DNA of 50,086 nucleotides, counting the filler, from Streblomastix strix (Eukaryota): the NCBI GenBank assembly GCA_008636045.1. It is 3 parts of 3 records of this genome, joined end to end, with 100 filler letters (N's around TTAATTAATTAA, not from the genome) between each part and the next. Parts side by side here need not be neighbours in the genome. Positions count along the whole stretch, not along the records: positions 1 to 16,630 come from SNRW01000781.1; positions 16,731 to 33,359 come from SNRW01000782.1; 1 more part is not named here. One strand, written 5' to 3'. A program made the position numbers and the translations under genes. Below the pieces are notes generated by a model. It made no database searches, was not told the DNA's origin, and saw only the letters and a list, made by a program, of their open reading frames with translations. Positions 1 through 28,150 of this stretch are shown in pieces; the first letter of the stretch is position 1; each line of letters begins with the position of its first letter.

Positions 1-16169
<16,169 letters not shown>

Positions 16170-16630
16170 CTATTACAAATGAAAATAAGATTTTGAATTA
16201 ATATTGATATTAAAAAATTATCAATAAATTTACTATTATAATTATTTAATTGGTTAAAAATACGGCAAAAATATAAAAAATATTCTTTTGAATGATTTTC
16301 TGTTTGTTAATTGAACAAATATCAAAAATAACATAAAAATTTAAAAATAAAATATTGCTTAATAGGTTCTAATAAAGAACCTTTGAAATTTTATTCTAAC
16401 ATTACGACAAAATTTTGATTTTTTATTTGAATTGTTCATTTACGATGAGAAAACGATTGTAATATAACGGTAATATGTTGATAAATAAAATTTTATAAAA
16501 TAAAATATAATAAATTATGATAATATTTCCATTAAATTGATGGTGAGAATTCAAAAACTGGTTTGTTTATTAATAAAGAAATAACATTTATTGCATTTGA
16601 TGTTTATTTTCCTTTAATTAGTTTCATGGA

Positions 16631-16730
16631 NNNNNNNNNNNNNNNNNNNNNNNNNNNNNNNNNNNNNNNNNNNNTTAATTAATTAANNNNNNNNNNNNNN
16701 NNNNNNNNNNNNNNNNNNNNNNNNNNNNNN
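16631..16730. other. Artificial contig-joining linker N44-TTAATTAATTAA-N44
   Basis: Exactly 100 bp and symmetric. TTAATTAATTAA is a six-frame stop spacer in the standard code. Confidence 0.97.
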
Positions 16731-17431
16731 GGAATAGTAGCTTTCAAAGTTGCATAATCAGAATCTATGTCAGTACAAATGATTTATAATCCAAGTGAAG
16801 ACATTCCTTTAACATAAAAAATAAATACTGTAAATAATTTAAGAATACTAATAATATTTAAAAATTAACAGAGATAACTGAGATTCCAACTATATATCAA
16901 CCATCATTAATGCTCAGTGAGTATTTTCCATTTGATTATTTCAAAGAATGCTCATTAATGGCATTATTAAAGCAAATTACTCTTCTATTACTGGTGTTTT
17001 AAGTTCTAACGTACTATTCTTAAATATCTACGAACTCATTTTAATATGCTAAAGTAATACATATTATTAAGGGAATATATCAATATCCTTGATAATTCTA
17101 TTCGTTAGTATATCTATTGTTGAAGGTAGTATTAAAGTTGATTTATAGTTGGAATCTCAGTTATCTCTGTTAATTTTTAAATATTATTAGTATTCTTAAA
17201 TTATTTACAGTATTTATTTTTTGCAGTGGATTTCATACCATTATATATCTCTAAATAGTCTTGATTCAGATAATACGTTAGATTTATGGGCGTTTTATTG
17301 AGTGAATTTACTTAAAATAACTTAGAACTACTGGGAATAGTAGCTTTCAAAGTTGCATAATCAGAATCTATGTCAGTACAAATGATTTATAATCCAAGTG
17401 AAGACATTCCTTTAACATAAAAAATAAATAC
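16731..17431. repeat. Local direct plus inverted duplication (A-B'-C-B-D-A)
   Basis: 16731-16828 is directly repeated at ~17334-17431. ~16816-16893 is the reverse complement of ~17144-17222. Confidence 0.9.
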
Positions 17432-18859
17432 ATTGTTGTAATATCTTTTCATTAAGATATCAGAATAATTTAAAGAATGATTCTTATTCACCAGTATCTT
17501 AACCAATAATAATGATTTCCATAAGTTATTCCATTTTCAGACGTTTATTATATTATCTTAAGAGAAATCTAAATTCAATTTCTGGATCTGATTTAGTTGC
17601 AACTCATAATAATGAGCTTAAAAAATGAGAGTAAACAAGAAATTCTTCTATTGTAATAAGAATATTCTTTAAAAATATATAAAATAATCTAGATTTGAAT
17701 TATTTTTAAAGATATTAATAATCAGAACAACAAGTAATATGCAAGAAGTAATTGTTATTAAGGTATCCAAAGACGTTAGAAAATTAGTTTACTTTGTTTA
17801 TATTTAAATATTTACCAAAGGTATTAATCAAATAACTTAAGAAAGCGCATAAGAAAGGAAAGAAGTGTAAAACTAAGAGTTCCTTATCCGAAGCAGAGAT
17901 ATCAGATAATACAGTCAGTGTCATCAAGTAAGCAATTCTTTGTCGTTGGAACAAGTAAAATAAATAACAAGATCATTGTGATTGGAGATTGAATTTGCTA
18001 TCTAGGCCAATTAAATAATAATATTATTAAAATATAGAACTGAATAAGTAGCAAAAATACCAGACATATTGAAAAATAGAAATCTGAAATTAAAGCTAGT
18101 AATGAACAGTCATCGGTAAAATATAATTGAATAAGAAATTCTTCATACAGTTCTTTAAATATAACCCTATTAGGCTATGAATGGAACCTTTGTATTGACT
18201 ATTCTTAAATCTATATGTCAAATTTATGGTCTAAGTTTTCCTTAGAGCATTTTATCAGAACTTTATGAAGCAAAATTCATTTAAATAGTTGCTATCAATA
18301 CATTACCAACGATTAGATTCAAAACGAAAGCTGAAATTAATATAATATTTACCGCATAATAAAACTAAAAGATACAAATATATATAAGGAATTGACTATC
18401 AAAAATGACGAATTTTTTGTGTTTAATGATGCTTAAGAACAGTACTTCAAAAAATTTGACGCAATTAATAGATATATTTCTGATAAGATAAATAAATTAG
18501 AATAGAGTTTTCAAATAATCAACATATTTAAATAACTGATTGCTCTGATTTGTATAATGTTATTTTTTTGATTAAATTGACTATATTTTTATTTTCTTTA
18601 AACATTCAAATTAATAAAATCGATTTAGCAAAAATGTTTGATATACCTTCATTTTAATGAATTAAATTTTAAGGAATTTTAATTATTAGTTTATTTGAAA
18701 TTAGTGAATAAATTACTTTGACTAAATTTTAAAACTTTATATTTAATAATTTAATTCAATCATCTTCATGCGGAGATTATTATTATATATCTCTGTCAGA
18801 GAATCTTTCTTTTCCTCATTATTTTGTGAATGCAAAATTAGCCATAATCCCTTGGATTT

Positions 18860-19760
18860 CTATTGAACCGCCCATCCCTGTGGGTCAACTATTTGAAATA
18901 AAGTATTATGCGTTGAGAACCTACATAGTTAACAAATAATTATAGCATATCAAACTCGCGCAACGCTACCAGAACCTTCAAAAAATTGTTGTAAATAACA
19001 AGCAAAATGACCTAATGACAGTTCGGGAATTCATTAGAAATATTAATGATAATGCACGGAGATTTTTATCTACGCAAGAGCAATTATGTAAAGACAAGCT
19101 TGTGCTGGATCTAATACCGAGAAGAATACGAAAATGTTCGCAGAACGCAGAAAGTTCCAGCTCTAGTTCTTAGTCGAGTAAGTCTCGTCACAAAGGACAC
19201 AATCAGAAGATACATCATGATAATTGAAAACATGGCTATGAAGACTCGGAGTTGAGCTCTAGTTCGTCCTCCTGAAGTGATTAACACAGAAAGACACTCT
19301 CAATGAATCATAAGAGCAAAGATGAAAGATCAGCTAGACATCTTGATTGACTAAAAAGCGAATTTACCAGAGCAGTTGGAATCTGATCTTTTTCGTGCCA
19401 ATATGGAACGGCGGTTGGAGAAATATGTTGTATTGTCGTAGTTTAAATTCAGAATTCAAAGTGGAAAATTTTAAGAATGACAGCCTTCGCGATCTGATGT
19501 GAATTATGAAATAAAACGACTGAACAATTTCAATCAACATACATTATGATTTCCACTATATCTCAGTTGAACAATAAATGAGACCGAACTGTTTTTCCAG
19601 TTCAACGAAAGGGCTTATAGATATTGTAAAATGCCATTCGGGGTGACTTCGGCATCTCAAACGTTCGCGAAAACATTGAAACCAGTAATTGATGAAGCGC
19701 CTAAGATATGTCATTCAATGATATTTGCAAACGATGACGACATCTCGACATTGAACGCAA
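18860..19760 (+). mobile_element. Degenerate DIRS-like retrotransposon fragment (gag-like region and reverse transcriptase pseudogene)
   Basis: 19380-19760 reads IFFVPIWNGGWRNMLYCRSLN...FKNDSLRDLM*IMKQND*TISINIHYDFHYISV.../FFQFNERAYRYCKMPFGVTSASQTFAKTLKPVI...MIFANDDDI. This matches the RT motifs (WR.ILD.R.LN, MPFG, YxDD decayed) with TGA stops and a frameshift. GC is higher than the flanks. Confidence 0.85.
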
Positions 19761-20400
19761 AACTTCCTCCGTATGCTTTCCCTTCTAGTTCGGCGGCAAT
19801 TACTCTCTCTTAGATATCGTAAAACTATTCAAGATACATAAAAGTTGAATTGCAGTATGTCTTAATAGCAGATTAATAAAAAATTAAATTATTGAAAAAA
19901 TTTTAAAAATTAAGTTAATTATAATGCTATCATTGTTAAATAGAATTATACCTTCACTTAATCTTCTGAATTTGCCCGTTCCAATATTGCTAACAACAAT
20001 TTGTTAACTTCTAATTCATTGGCTAATTGGTGTGCTTACTCATCCTATCTTTAATGCCCAGTTAAATAATTAAAAAATTGAAAATAGAACATTATGATTA
20101 TTTAATTAATTGTTAAAAAAATGTTTTAGAATACCAACTTCTGTTTACCCAACATAAAATTTACCCAATTTGATGCTTTAAACGTACTTGCGAAATATTT
20201 CTTCATTGAATTGTAATTCGTTAATTTGGGAGAAGTAAAAATGCAATAATATTTTTGGAGCGAGAAAAAGCATACATTACCGTATATTGAACCATTAGCA
20301 ACTAATTCATTTGCTTCAATGATTTGAATTTCCGAAATATCGTGTTCGTTGTTTAATGTCTGCATCATAACGAATAAAATCTTATTAATTTACTCATCTT
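19745..20400 (-). pseudogene. Intron-containing gene fragment of unknown function, truncated where it abuts the RT relic
   Basis: Exon-like blocks MMQTLNNEHDISEIQ...WVNFMLGKQKL / DEQAHQLANELEVNKLLLAILERANSEDQVK / FYDIQERVIAAELEGKAYGGSFAFNVEM are separated by AT-rich intron-like stretches. Confidence 0.4.
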
Positions 20401-22169
20401 ATTTAAGTTTCAAATATTATTAAAAATACATTTTCTTTACTCTAAATAAATATATCTACCTATATAACATATTTCAATTAGTGTCTAACAAATAACTAAA
20501 TTTTCAATCTTCAAATTGGTTAATTTTATTTTTAATCGAGTAAAATATAAATTAAACATGTTTAAATTATAATTCCTTAATCATTTTTTTTAGTAAATTT
20601 CGTCTGTACTTTTGAACTCTCTTCACCATAATCATAATCAATAATAGAACTTCTGCTTCCGATGCTTCTTCTTCTTCATTGAGAGTCATATTGATCTTTT
20701 GGTGAATTTAACCCAGAGTAATTAGATAAACCAATGACAAAAAATAGTCATTAACGACTGCTCGTTTCTTGAAATTTTATCCATCATTTTTATAAACTCA
20801 ACTTCTTTTTAATACCAATTCATATTTCCATAGTTAGTATCCAAGTTGAACAACATTTGTGAATTTTGGTATTTAATTCTAAATATATCTGAATAGATCA
20901 ATCTTAGATATTATATTTATAAATGAAAGTTTCCCAATTAACATTTCTAAAAGTAAATTTCTTAAATATTGTTTACAAAAGAATACTAAGAGAGGTTTTC
21001 GTGATATAGCATTTGAAGAATAAAATGCAGGAGCGCCTTTTGATTCAGAGAAATATACGGTTCTAGTTTTTAAAACGATACTACTACTCCCATGTCTCTT
21101 ATTTTCAGATATTCATCAGAAGTAACAAGTAAATTTTCTGAATATATATCTCTATATATTATTCCTTGTGTTTACATATAATATGCATTCAAATGAACTC
21201 GTTCCGGATTAAATTTAGTACTTGAATTATTAAAAAGAATTGCACGGTATAGCGATAAGTGGTAAAAAACTTTTATTCAAAGCTTCAAATAAATGAAAAC
21301 TGAATATTTTATTTTCGATTAATTGAGGTGCTTCCAATATATACAAAAATAGAAGAATATAAAGTTATCTCGTGAGGTATATCGGTGGAACGTAGTAATA
21401 AATATTGTAAGTTTATATTAATTAATAAAAAAAATGCAAGATTTAAAGAAATTTTATTGGACGGAGAGAAGTTGAAAAATAACATATTTTATGAATTTAA
21501 AGTCGAAGTTATTTGAATGATCGATCCAGTAGAATGCAGTTACTAGAGTATAACGAATTTTATACTAAATATAAAGGGAAATTGACAAATATGTTTGATA
21601 GTAGGGAGTTGATTATTACTTTTTGACCGAATCATACAAATTGAATTGATTTCAATAGAAAAAATCTTTTACTATTTAAATGAATTTTATTAGTTATGTC
21701 GATCTTCTTCAAAATAGCAAATTTCATGGCCAGCTATGGAAAAAAGCAGATTATGGTTTTCCAATTTAACAATAGATAGAACGAAAAATATATTGAATGA
21801 ACTAGGATTAATGATAAATAAAACGAAATATAGATATAAAATATCTATAAGAATACCAGAATTTTTAATTGTTGCAATCCAATTTACTGTAGAACAATTT
21901 AAATGGGGTATTCTATACAAAAATCAACTAGAAAATCTGGAAAAAAAGATCAGTTAACAAGAACGTATCGAATAGTCTTGCCCAGTTAACATCATCACAG
22001 AAAAATTTGTCACTCTAGTTGCTAGAAATATTAACTCTTATAAACCGCAAACGAAATTATCGCAAGATTTAAATATATATGAATCATTCTATCTTTAACA
22101 AAGTTTCTTGTGTAACTGTTATCAGTTTATGAAATTAATTATGAATTTCAATATTTGATTTATCTAAGA

Positions 22170-22645
22170 TTTTTATTTAATGATTTAATTGAGGCTAAAG
22201 CTGCTTATGATACAATAATAGGGTAACAATTAATTAGTTAATTAATATCGGGTTCTAAGTAAGAGATTCTTTATGCTGTTGGTGCATAGAATTTTAAAAT
22301 ATAATAACCTCATACTATAATTCTATTTGATGATACGATGTCAGTGTTCAAAAATAAACAATTATGTTTATTTAAATGTTATTCAAAAATCAGACAATCA
22401 AGAATGACTTATTTTCTCTGCATATAAATTGCAATTGGCTTTGATGCAAGTATAAAAGCTAATGTTGATACAATATACTTTTTCGGTGAATTCAATAGAA
22501 AGAAATTTAACTTATTTTATTATTAATCTTCTATATCATTTGATAAAGATAAAGTATGGGAATTATACATATAATTTACAAAGAGATAACCTTTAATATT
22601 ATAATACAGTAATGGCGGAACAAAAATAAAAATACTAGAATCATA
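22170..22645 (+). pseudogene. A32-like (FtsK/HerA superfamily) viral DNA packaging ATPase, C-terminal half
   Basis: PHTIILFDDTMS (Walker B), then IRQSRMTYFLCIQ (Arg and hhhhQ motif), then FDASIKANVDTIYFFGEFN. No Walker A was found upstream. Confidence 0.78.
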
Positions 22646-22659
22646 AATCGACTAAGTTA

Positions 22660-23246
22660 GCGTTTTTTTTAAAAAACAATCTTGATCATCAATTGAAATA
22701 ATTCCTTTATTAAAAAATATTCTTATCAAATTTATCCAATTAATCATTATTAACTTTGTTGACAGCATAAATACTATCAATTTTTTCATTATTTTCATTT
22801 TCATATTTTCTCAATGAAATCACACCTTTGAGTTTAGAAATAAAATATCTTTTGATTTTAAATATCTTGTTTAATTTTTATGTAGTCAATTAATCTATTT
22901 ATTCTTTATATAATACAAGATTCGATTTGAATTCATCAATTGTATCAAATGAAACTAACCCAGGCGAATATTTTCAAAATATTTTAATTAAGATAGATTA
23001 TTATTATTTCTATTAACTATCTTCTATTTGCAGTCAAATATTACTCGACTCATCTTAATTAAAATTAAATCATAATACTTCATCAATATATTAAAAAATT
23101 TCCAATATAAATGATTTTATTGATTAATTACCTAACTCACCATCTATATTTTTGAACCATAATTACACATATCAATCATATTTTTATTGAAGAAAACGTT
23201 TGTTTGTACATTATTCATCAAAATAACTTACATATTAATCACTCAT
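22660..23246 (-). pseudogene. Decayed intronless hypothetical ORF of the viral module
   Basis: ATG at 23246, MSDQYVSYFDEQCTNKRFLQQKYD*YVQLWFKNIDGELG..., with several TGA stops. Convergent with the ATPase. Confidence 0.45.
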
Positions 23247-23319
23247 TTATTATTTTTTCACAAACGAAGCATGAAAATAAAGATCTTATCCAATTAATGT
23301 TTTGTTCATTCAAACTGTA

Positions 23320-25734
23320 TACAAACTGTTTGAACTATAGAAAGGAATGAATTTTAAATTTTTGATACCTCATGATCTGAATAAGATAAACTAATTAAAA
23401 CTATTTTATCAAATAGTTAAGGCTTCTATGATTCCTGTTTTATTTCTTTGGTTGAATAATTGTGTTCTCCATCATTTATAAATGCACTAATGCAATTACC
23501 GTTTAATGTTGCTTCGATAGATCCAAGTTATTGCAAATGTATTGACTTATAAAGAATGCGGTTCATGATTTATTTGGAGCAAAAATAAACTAATCATATA
23601 CAATAAGTTAATCATTGAAACTAATTATTTTCAAAAATCTTATTCACTTACTTCTTGAACACTGTATGGAGAAATTGCATTATATTATATTCCATTAATA
23701 GATTAATTACTTTGAATGGTAAGATGAGTTCCCAAAGTTCTATTTATATTTCTTGAAACATTTGGATAAAGCCTATTGTATTTACTGTTTTCAATTGATT
23801 TTCTTACTCTAGGTTCATCAATGAAATTCCTAACGTCATTTTTTAAGATTAGTTGTTTTCGCTATTCTGTTTTAAGCATTATTTGCATTCATTACATCTT
23901 AACCACATGAGGCTGCTTATAAACTTTTACATATTATTGGTAGTGCTAGTGAGTTAATAAACAGTTTAATAGGATTATATATATGTTTATTTGCCCAATT
24001 TGCTCCTTCATCAGTTTTTTGTGCAATCTATTTGATTTTATGAAAGATTCCAGTAATTTCATTTACGAAAAATAAACAGCTTCATGAGCTTATTTGTATT
24101 AACTAATAATTTATTCATACAAAGTAACTTCCATTAATATATTTATTAAAAAACTTATCAGCTTTTAATTTTGGTGATAAATTAGTAAGCTAACGAACAA
24201 GATTACCTGTATGACCAACCGTGAGATAAGCGGAAGGAATCTCTTAAATTGGATCAGTGTTGAAATCATATAAAATAATAACTGGAAACAATAAGGTTCT
24301 TTTTAGATTTATTGACTCACTCATAGTAAATATATACTGTTTTGTTTCAATGAACCCCTTTCTATCTCAAATGCATATTGATCATGACCAATTTACTAAC
24401 AGTATCATCAATTACATAAATCTTAAATGTATCTAAGTCATATGGAGTGTCGACAAATGTAAGTAATTAATCTCTTGACACTTCTGTTACTGAATATAAT
24501 AGAAAAACAGATGGTGGAAATAAAACTGAAGGAAAGGTAGCATCTTACATAATTGCACTATCAATATGAGAAATTTGTTATCCATTGGATGTTATGTTCT
24601 TCTAATTTGATTCTTATAGTTATGGGTCAATTAAATAACTTCCACTAAAGTCACATAAATCTATAGGATAATACCCAAACCCTTAATTCACAACAACATC
24701 CGGTGTATGATTTTTACTAATTGAAATCATGTCAGTGATTGAAGTTAACGAAGTTTTTATTTGAAAAAATTTAAATAATCTATATTATGGATCAGAATCT
24801 ATTGATTTAAATACTTTGGAAGCATTATTTATATGGTAAATGCTAACTTCTGTTTAGAAATTAAACGTACATATTGGCTCATCTTTAACGAAATATGCTG
24901 CTCTTAATGGACTAAAAGTATCATTGTCTACAAATTTGGTTTTGATATTAAAGTAGTTAGATAATGAAGCAGGAAAACTAGGATCATAAGGTTGAACTCT
25001 ATCAACAATCATTTCAATTTAATATTATATAACATCTTATACCCATGACATTGATTTTATACTATCAATAAATGAATTGACATGCAAGTCATCTAAAATA
25101 TTAATCTTTCTATCTTTATTTTACCACTTGTTGCTCTCTTTAATGGTTCCTAATCTGTATAATAAACATCTGCAATAGCAATATGAGTATTTTCTTTAAT
25201 TGATGGAATTTAATCAACGCTACAAATTTATGACTCTATATAATATCCCTTTTTACTAAAATAATCCATTACATTTTGTTTATTTCCACCATCATCTCCT
25301 AACCCTAATTCATGTTTGTTAAATGGCTACAATTCTTTGGGAAAGCTAGGAAACACAAATCCCTTGAAATCTTCTCTAAGATATAGTCCAATATAATATA
25401 TTACTATATTTCTTAATTTATAGAATTTAATTCCTCAATCATTGATATTACATGGAAATAAGGGTTATATAAGTCATGTTAATAAAAACGTTATTATCTC
25501 CGCTGCAATTGGTTTGGGAGTTGTTATTTGTTCTGTGGGTGTTGGTTGTATAAACAATTTATCATCAATATCTTTCACATAATCTTGTTGATATTGTGGT
25601 CCAACAATGATTTGATTAGCTATTCTATCAACTATTGGTTTAAGTTCACGCTCATGAATTTAAATATTTAATTCTGGGAATTATGATAGACCAGCTGCAT
25701 TCAATAACGTTTCGTCAATGAAATCACCACTCAT
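23320..25734 (-). pseudogene. ~800-codon intronless orphan ORF, putative virion structural protein, decayed
   Basis: ATG at 25734, MSGDFIDETLLNAAGLSQFPELNIQIHERELKPIVDRIANQIIVGPQYQQDYVKDID. Long open blocks follow (VDRVQPYDPSFPASLSNYFNIKTKFVDNDTFSPLRAAYFVKDEP; NQGFGLYPIDLCDFSGSYLIDPQ), joined by frameshifts. It starts ~65 bp after the fibre-like gene stop. Confidence 0.6.
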
Positions 25735-26316
25735 TTTATTGTTCTAAAATAAACAACTTCATTGATTGAACCGATGAATTAATTTGAACAGACTTACATT
25801 CAAAGCATACAACTAAATTTTAAACAAACTTCATCATTAGTACTCTATGCTTCTGTCGAGTTGGTAGAGATTTGAATATCTCTAAATGATAATCCTCCTG
25901 TTAATGTCTTTCGCTTCGATGTCAATTAAATAAGATATGTAGTACTTGAAGGAGCTGGTGGAGTTATTGTATTACTGAAACTTCCAATAGTGCAAACAAA
26001 AGTAGCTGTTGAAATATTAATTTAATTTTTTGGTTGAAAATCCATCATTAATTTATAAAAATTATCTATTCGTGCATGTTTTAAACAATTGAATGTAATA
26101 TTTGAATTAAAACTTACGATTAAATTTGATACGTCTTCCACCAGCACTCCTCCTTATGAAGATAATAAAGCATCTCCTCCAACAGTTAACAAAACTGATC
26201 CATCATCTTTATTTATTTTCACAAATCCAGTAACATTAATATTTGCATTAAATATTTTTTCTCCATCAATATATTGAAACGTGTTTGTCATAACGTAATC
26301 ATCAAGTAATGCAGTA

Positions 26317-26532
26317 CAGAAAATATCGGTTAATTCGACGATGCATGAGCCAAAAAAACCCATCGTCGAATTAAGTATAATTCGATGATTTTTGTAATTT
26401 TCTAATAATTTTTAAAAAAAATCAGGAAAATTTTCGAATTTTTTTAAAAATTTGTGAAAATATTAAAAATATTTTCGTCGAATTAACCGATAAGTCGAAT
26501 TAAGCGATAGTCGAATTAACCGATATTTACTG
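26317..26532. mobile_element. 216-bp MITE, Tc1/mariner/pogo-type, with TA target-site duplication
   Basis: 23-bp TIRs: left CAGAAAATATCGGTTAATTCGAC, right (reverse complement) CAGTAAATATCGGTTAATTCGAC, 1 mismatch. TA at 26315-26316 and 26533-26534. Excision restores the frame LSFKADTALLDDYVMT. Confidence 0.92.
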
Positions 26533-27559
26533 TATCAGCTTTAAAACTTAGCATATCATTAGTTTATGTTTTTGAATTAGTTTAGGTTTATTTATAATAA
26601 TTATTAAGCTTTGTATCAACTTCCGATTAAATCGAATAAATTTCTGCAACTGGGTCTTCTGATTCATCATATGTCGCTTCAAATGTACATGAATATTTTA
26701 ATCTTCCAGCAATTGTACCTTAAATTGAACCCTCAACTCTTACACATTTATTATTTGTTTCAGTTCTTGAATAAGTTTATGTTTTTGCATAATAATTTGG
26801 TAAATCTATTGGTGCACTAGCAAATTCAGGTATTGGTTAAGTATGACCTGCTAGAAATAATTCAACAATATCATCTACATCAAATTTGATAAATGATGAC
26901 CCAGTCACTGTGGTCATTTTGTCAATTTAACTTATGAATCTACAGCTGTTATTGAACATCATATTTGTTGTTATTGACTATGAAGTACGTAATGTAACAT
27001 AACCATATAAATCATCATCACAAACATCAATTAATTGTACTTGTAATTGTTTTCATTCCAATAATAGATTCCTCTTTTTCTATAGTGATAGTCAATGTAT
27101 TTTTCACCAATGTGAATGTGTTTCCGTCAATGGATAGATCAATTATTGCATTATCTCCTCCAGTAGCAGCTCCAAGAGTAGTTATTACATTATTCATATC
27201 AATTAGTTCAGTTTCTAGTATTTTTAAGTCAGTTCCATCCAACCAATTATCAGTAATTTCTTTATCAATAATATATAAATTATCTCCAATCATTAATTTT
27301 GCAACATTGTCTTGAATAGCCACCCAATCATTCAAATCAGATTATGTATCAATCACATATGCATTTGATTTGTCAGTTGAAATAAATCTAAATTCTTATA
27401 ATTGTGGTTGTGTTACTAATGAAATCACTAACATATCAACTCATCCAGCAAGTTATAAGGAAGCATCATTTTTACATAATTTTTGCATGCTTGAAATTAT
27501 AATTATACCAAATTATTTTTATCCACTAATTATTTAAGCAGAAATTAAATCGACATATT

Positions 27560-28150
27560 TCGTTAAATCAGCAACATTAGCTTTCTAAAGTAATAGTGCA
27601 TCATCTTCTGTCTTGGAATAACTATCCGCAGTATAAACAACGTTAGCTTTCAAGAGTAATAGTACATCATCTTATGTCTTTGAATACGAATCAATTAATT
27701 CAGATTTATCAGCTTTCAGTAATAATAGAGCATCATCTTCTGTCTTAGAATAGGCATCGATTAATTCAGTTTTATTTGCTTTCAATAGAAAGAGTGCGTC
27801 ATCATCTGACTTTAAATTATTATTAATAATATCGGCGAGATTATCACTAAGATCAAATTTTTCATCAGTTTTTGTCTTAGTTTACGAATCGATTTATTCA
27901 GATTTATCAATTTTTTCACGTAATTTTTTATCAGTTTCTGTCTTGCTGTACGCATAGATTGGTTCAGATTTATTAGCTTTCTCATCTAATTTTTCATCAG
28001 TTTCTGTTTTGATGTACGAATCGATTAGTCCAGATTTATCAGCTTTCATATTTAATTTTTTATCAATTTCTGTCCTATTGTATATATCCGATTTGTTAGC
28101 ATTTGTTTCAAAAATTTAACTAGCTTCTGTCTTAGTATATGCATCAGGTA
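27560..28150 (-). repeat. ~9 tandem ~66-bp coding repeats (22 aa)
   Basis: DAYTKTEAS..., DSYIKTETDEKLDEKANKSEPI, YAYSKTETDKKLREKIDKSEQI, DAYSKTEDDALLLLKADKSELI, DSYSKTQDDVLLLLKANVVYTA, DSYSKTEDDALLLQKANVAD. Confidence 0.88.

Noticed and set aside
16675..16686. TTAATTAATTAA palindrome as a biological site
   Set aside because: It is centred in N runs and repeated exactly at 33404-33415, so it is an artificial spacer.
16890..18560. Possible degraded host gene on the plus strand (similar patch at ~31250-32280 minus)
   Set aside because: No consistent frame or recognisable motif, so it was left uncalled.
20600..22140. Coding-like patches that might be a transposase or the ATPase N-terminus
   Set aside because: Too decayed; no DDE, SWIM or Walker A motif could be read with confidence.
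26470..26532. GTCGAATTAA iterations as a mini-CRISPR or iteron origin
   Set aside because: They are explained as subterminal repeats of the MITE.
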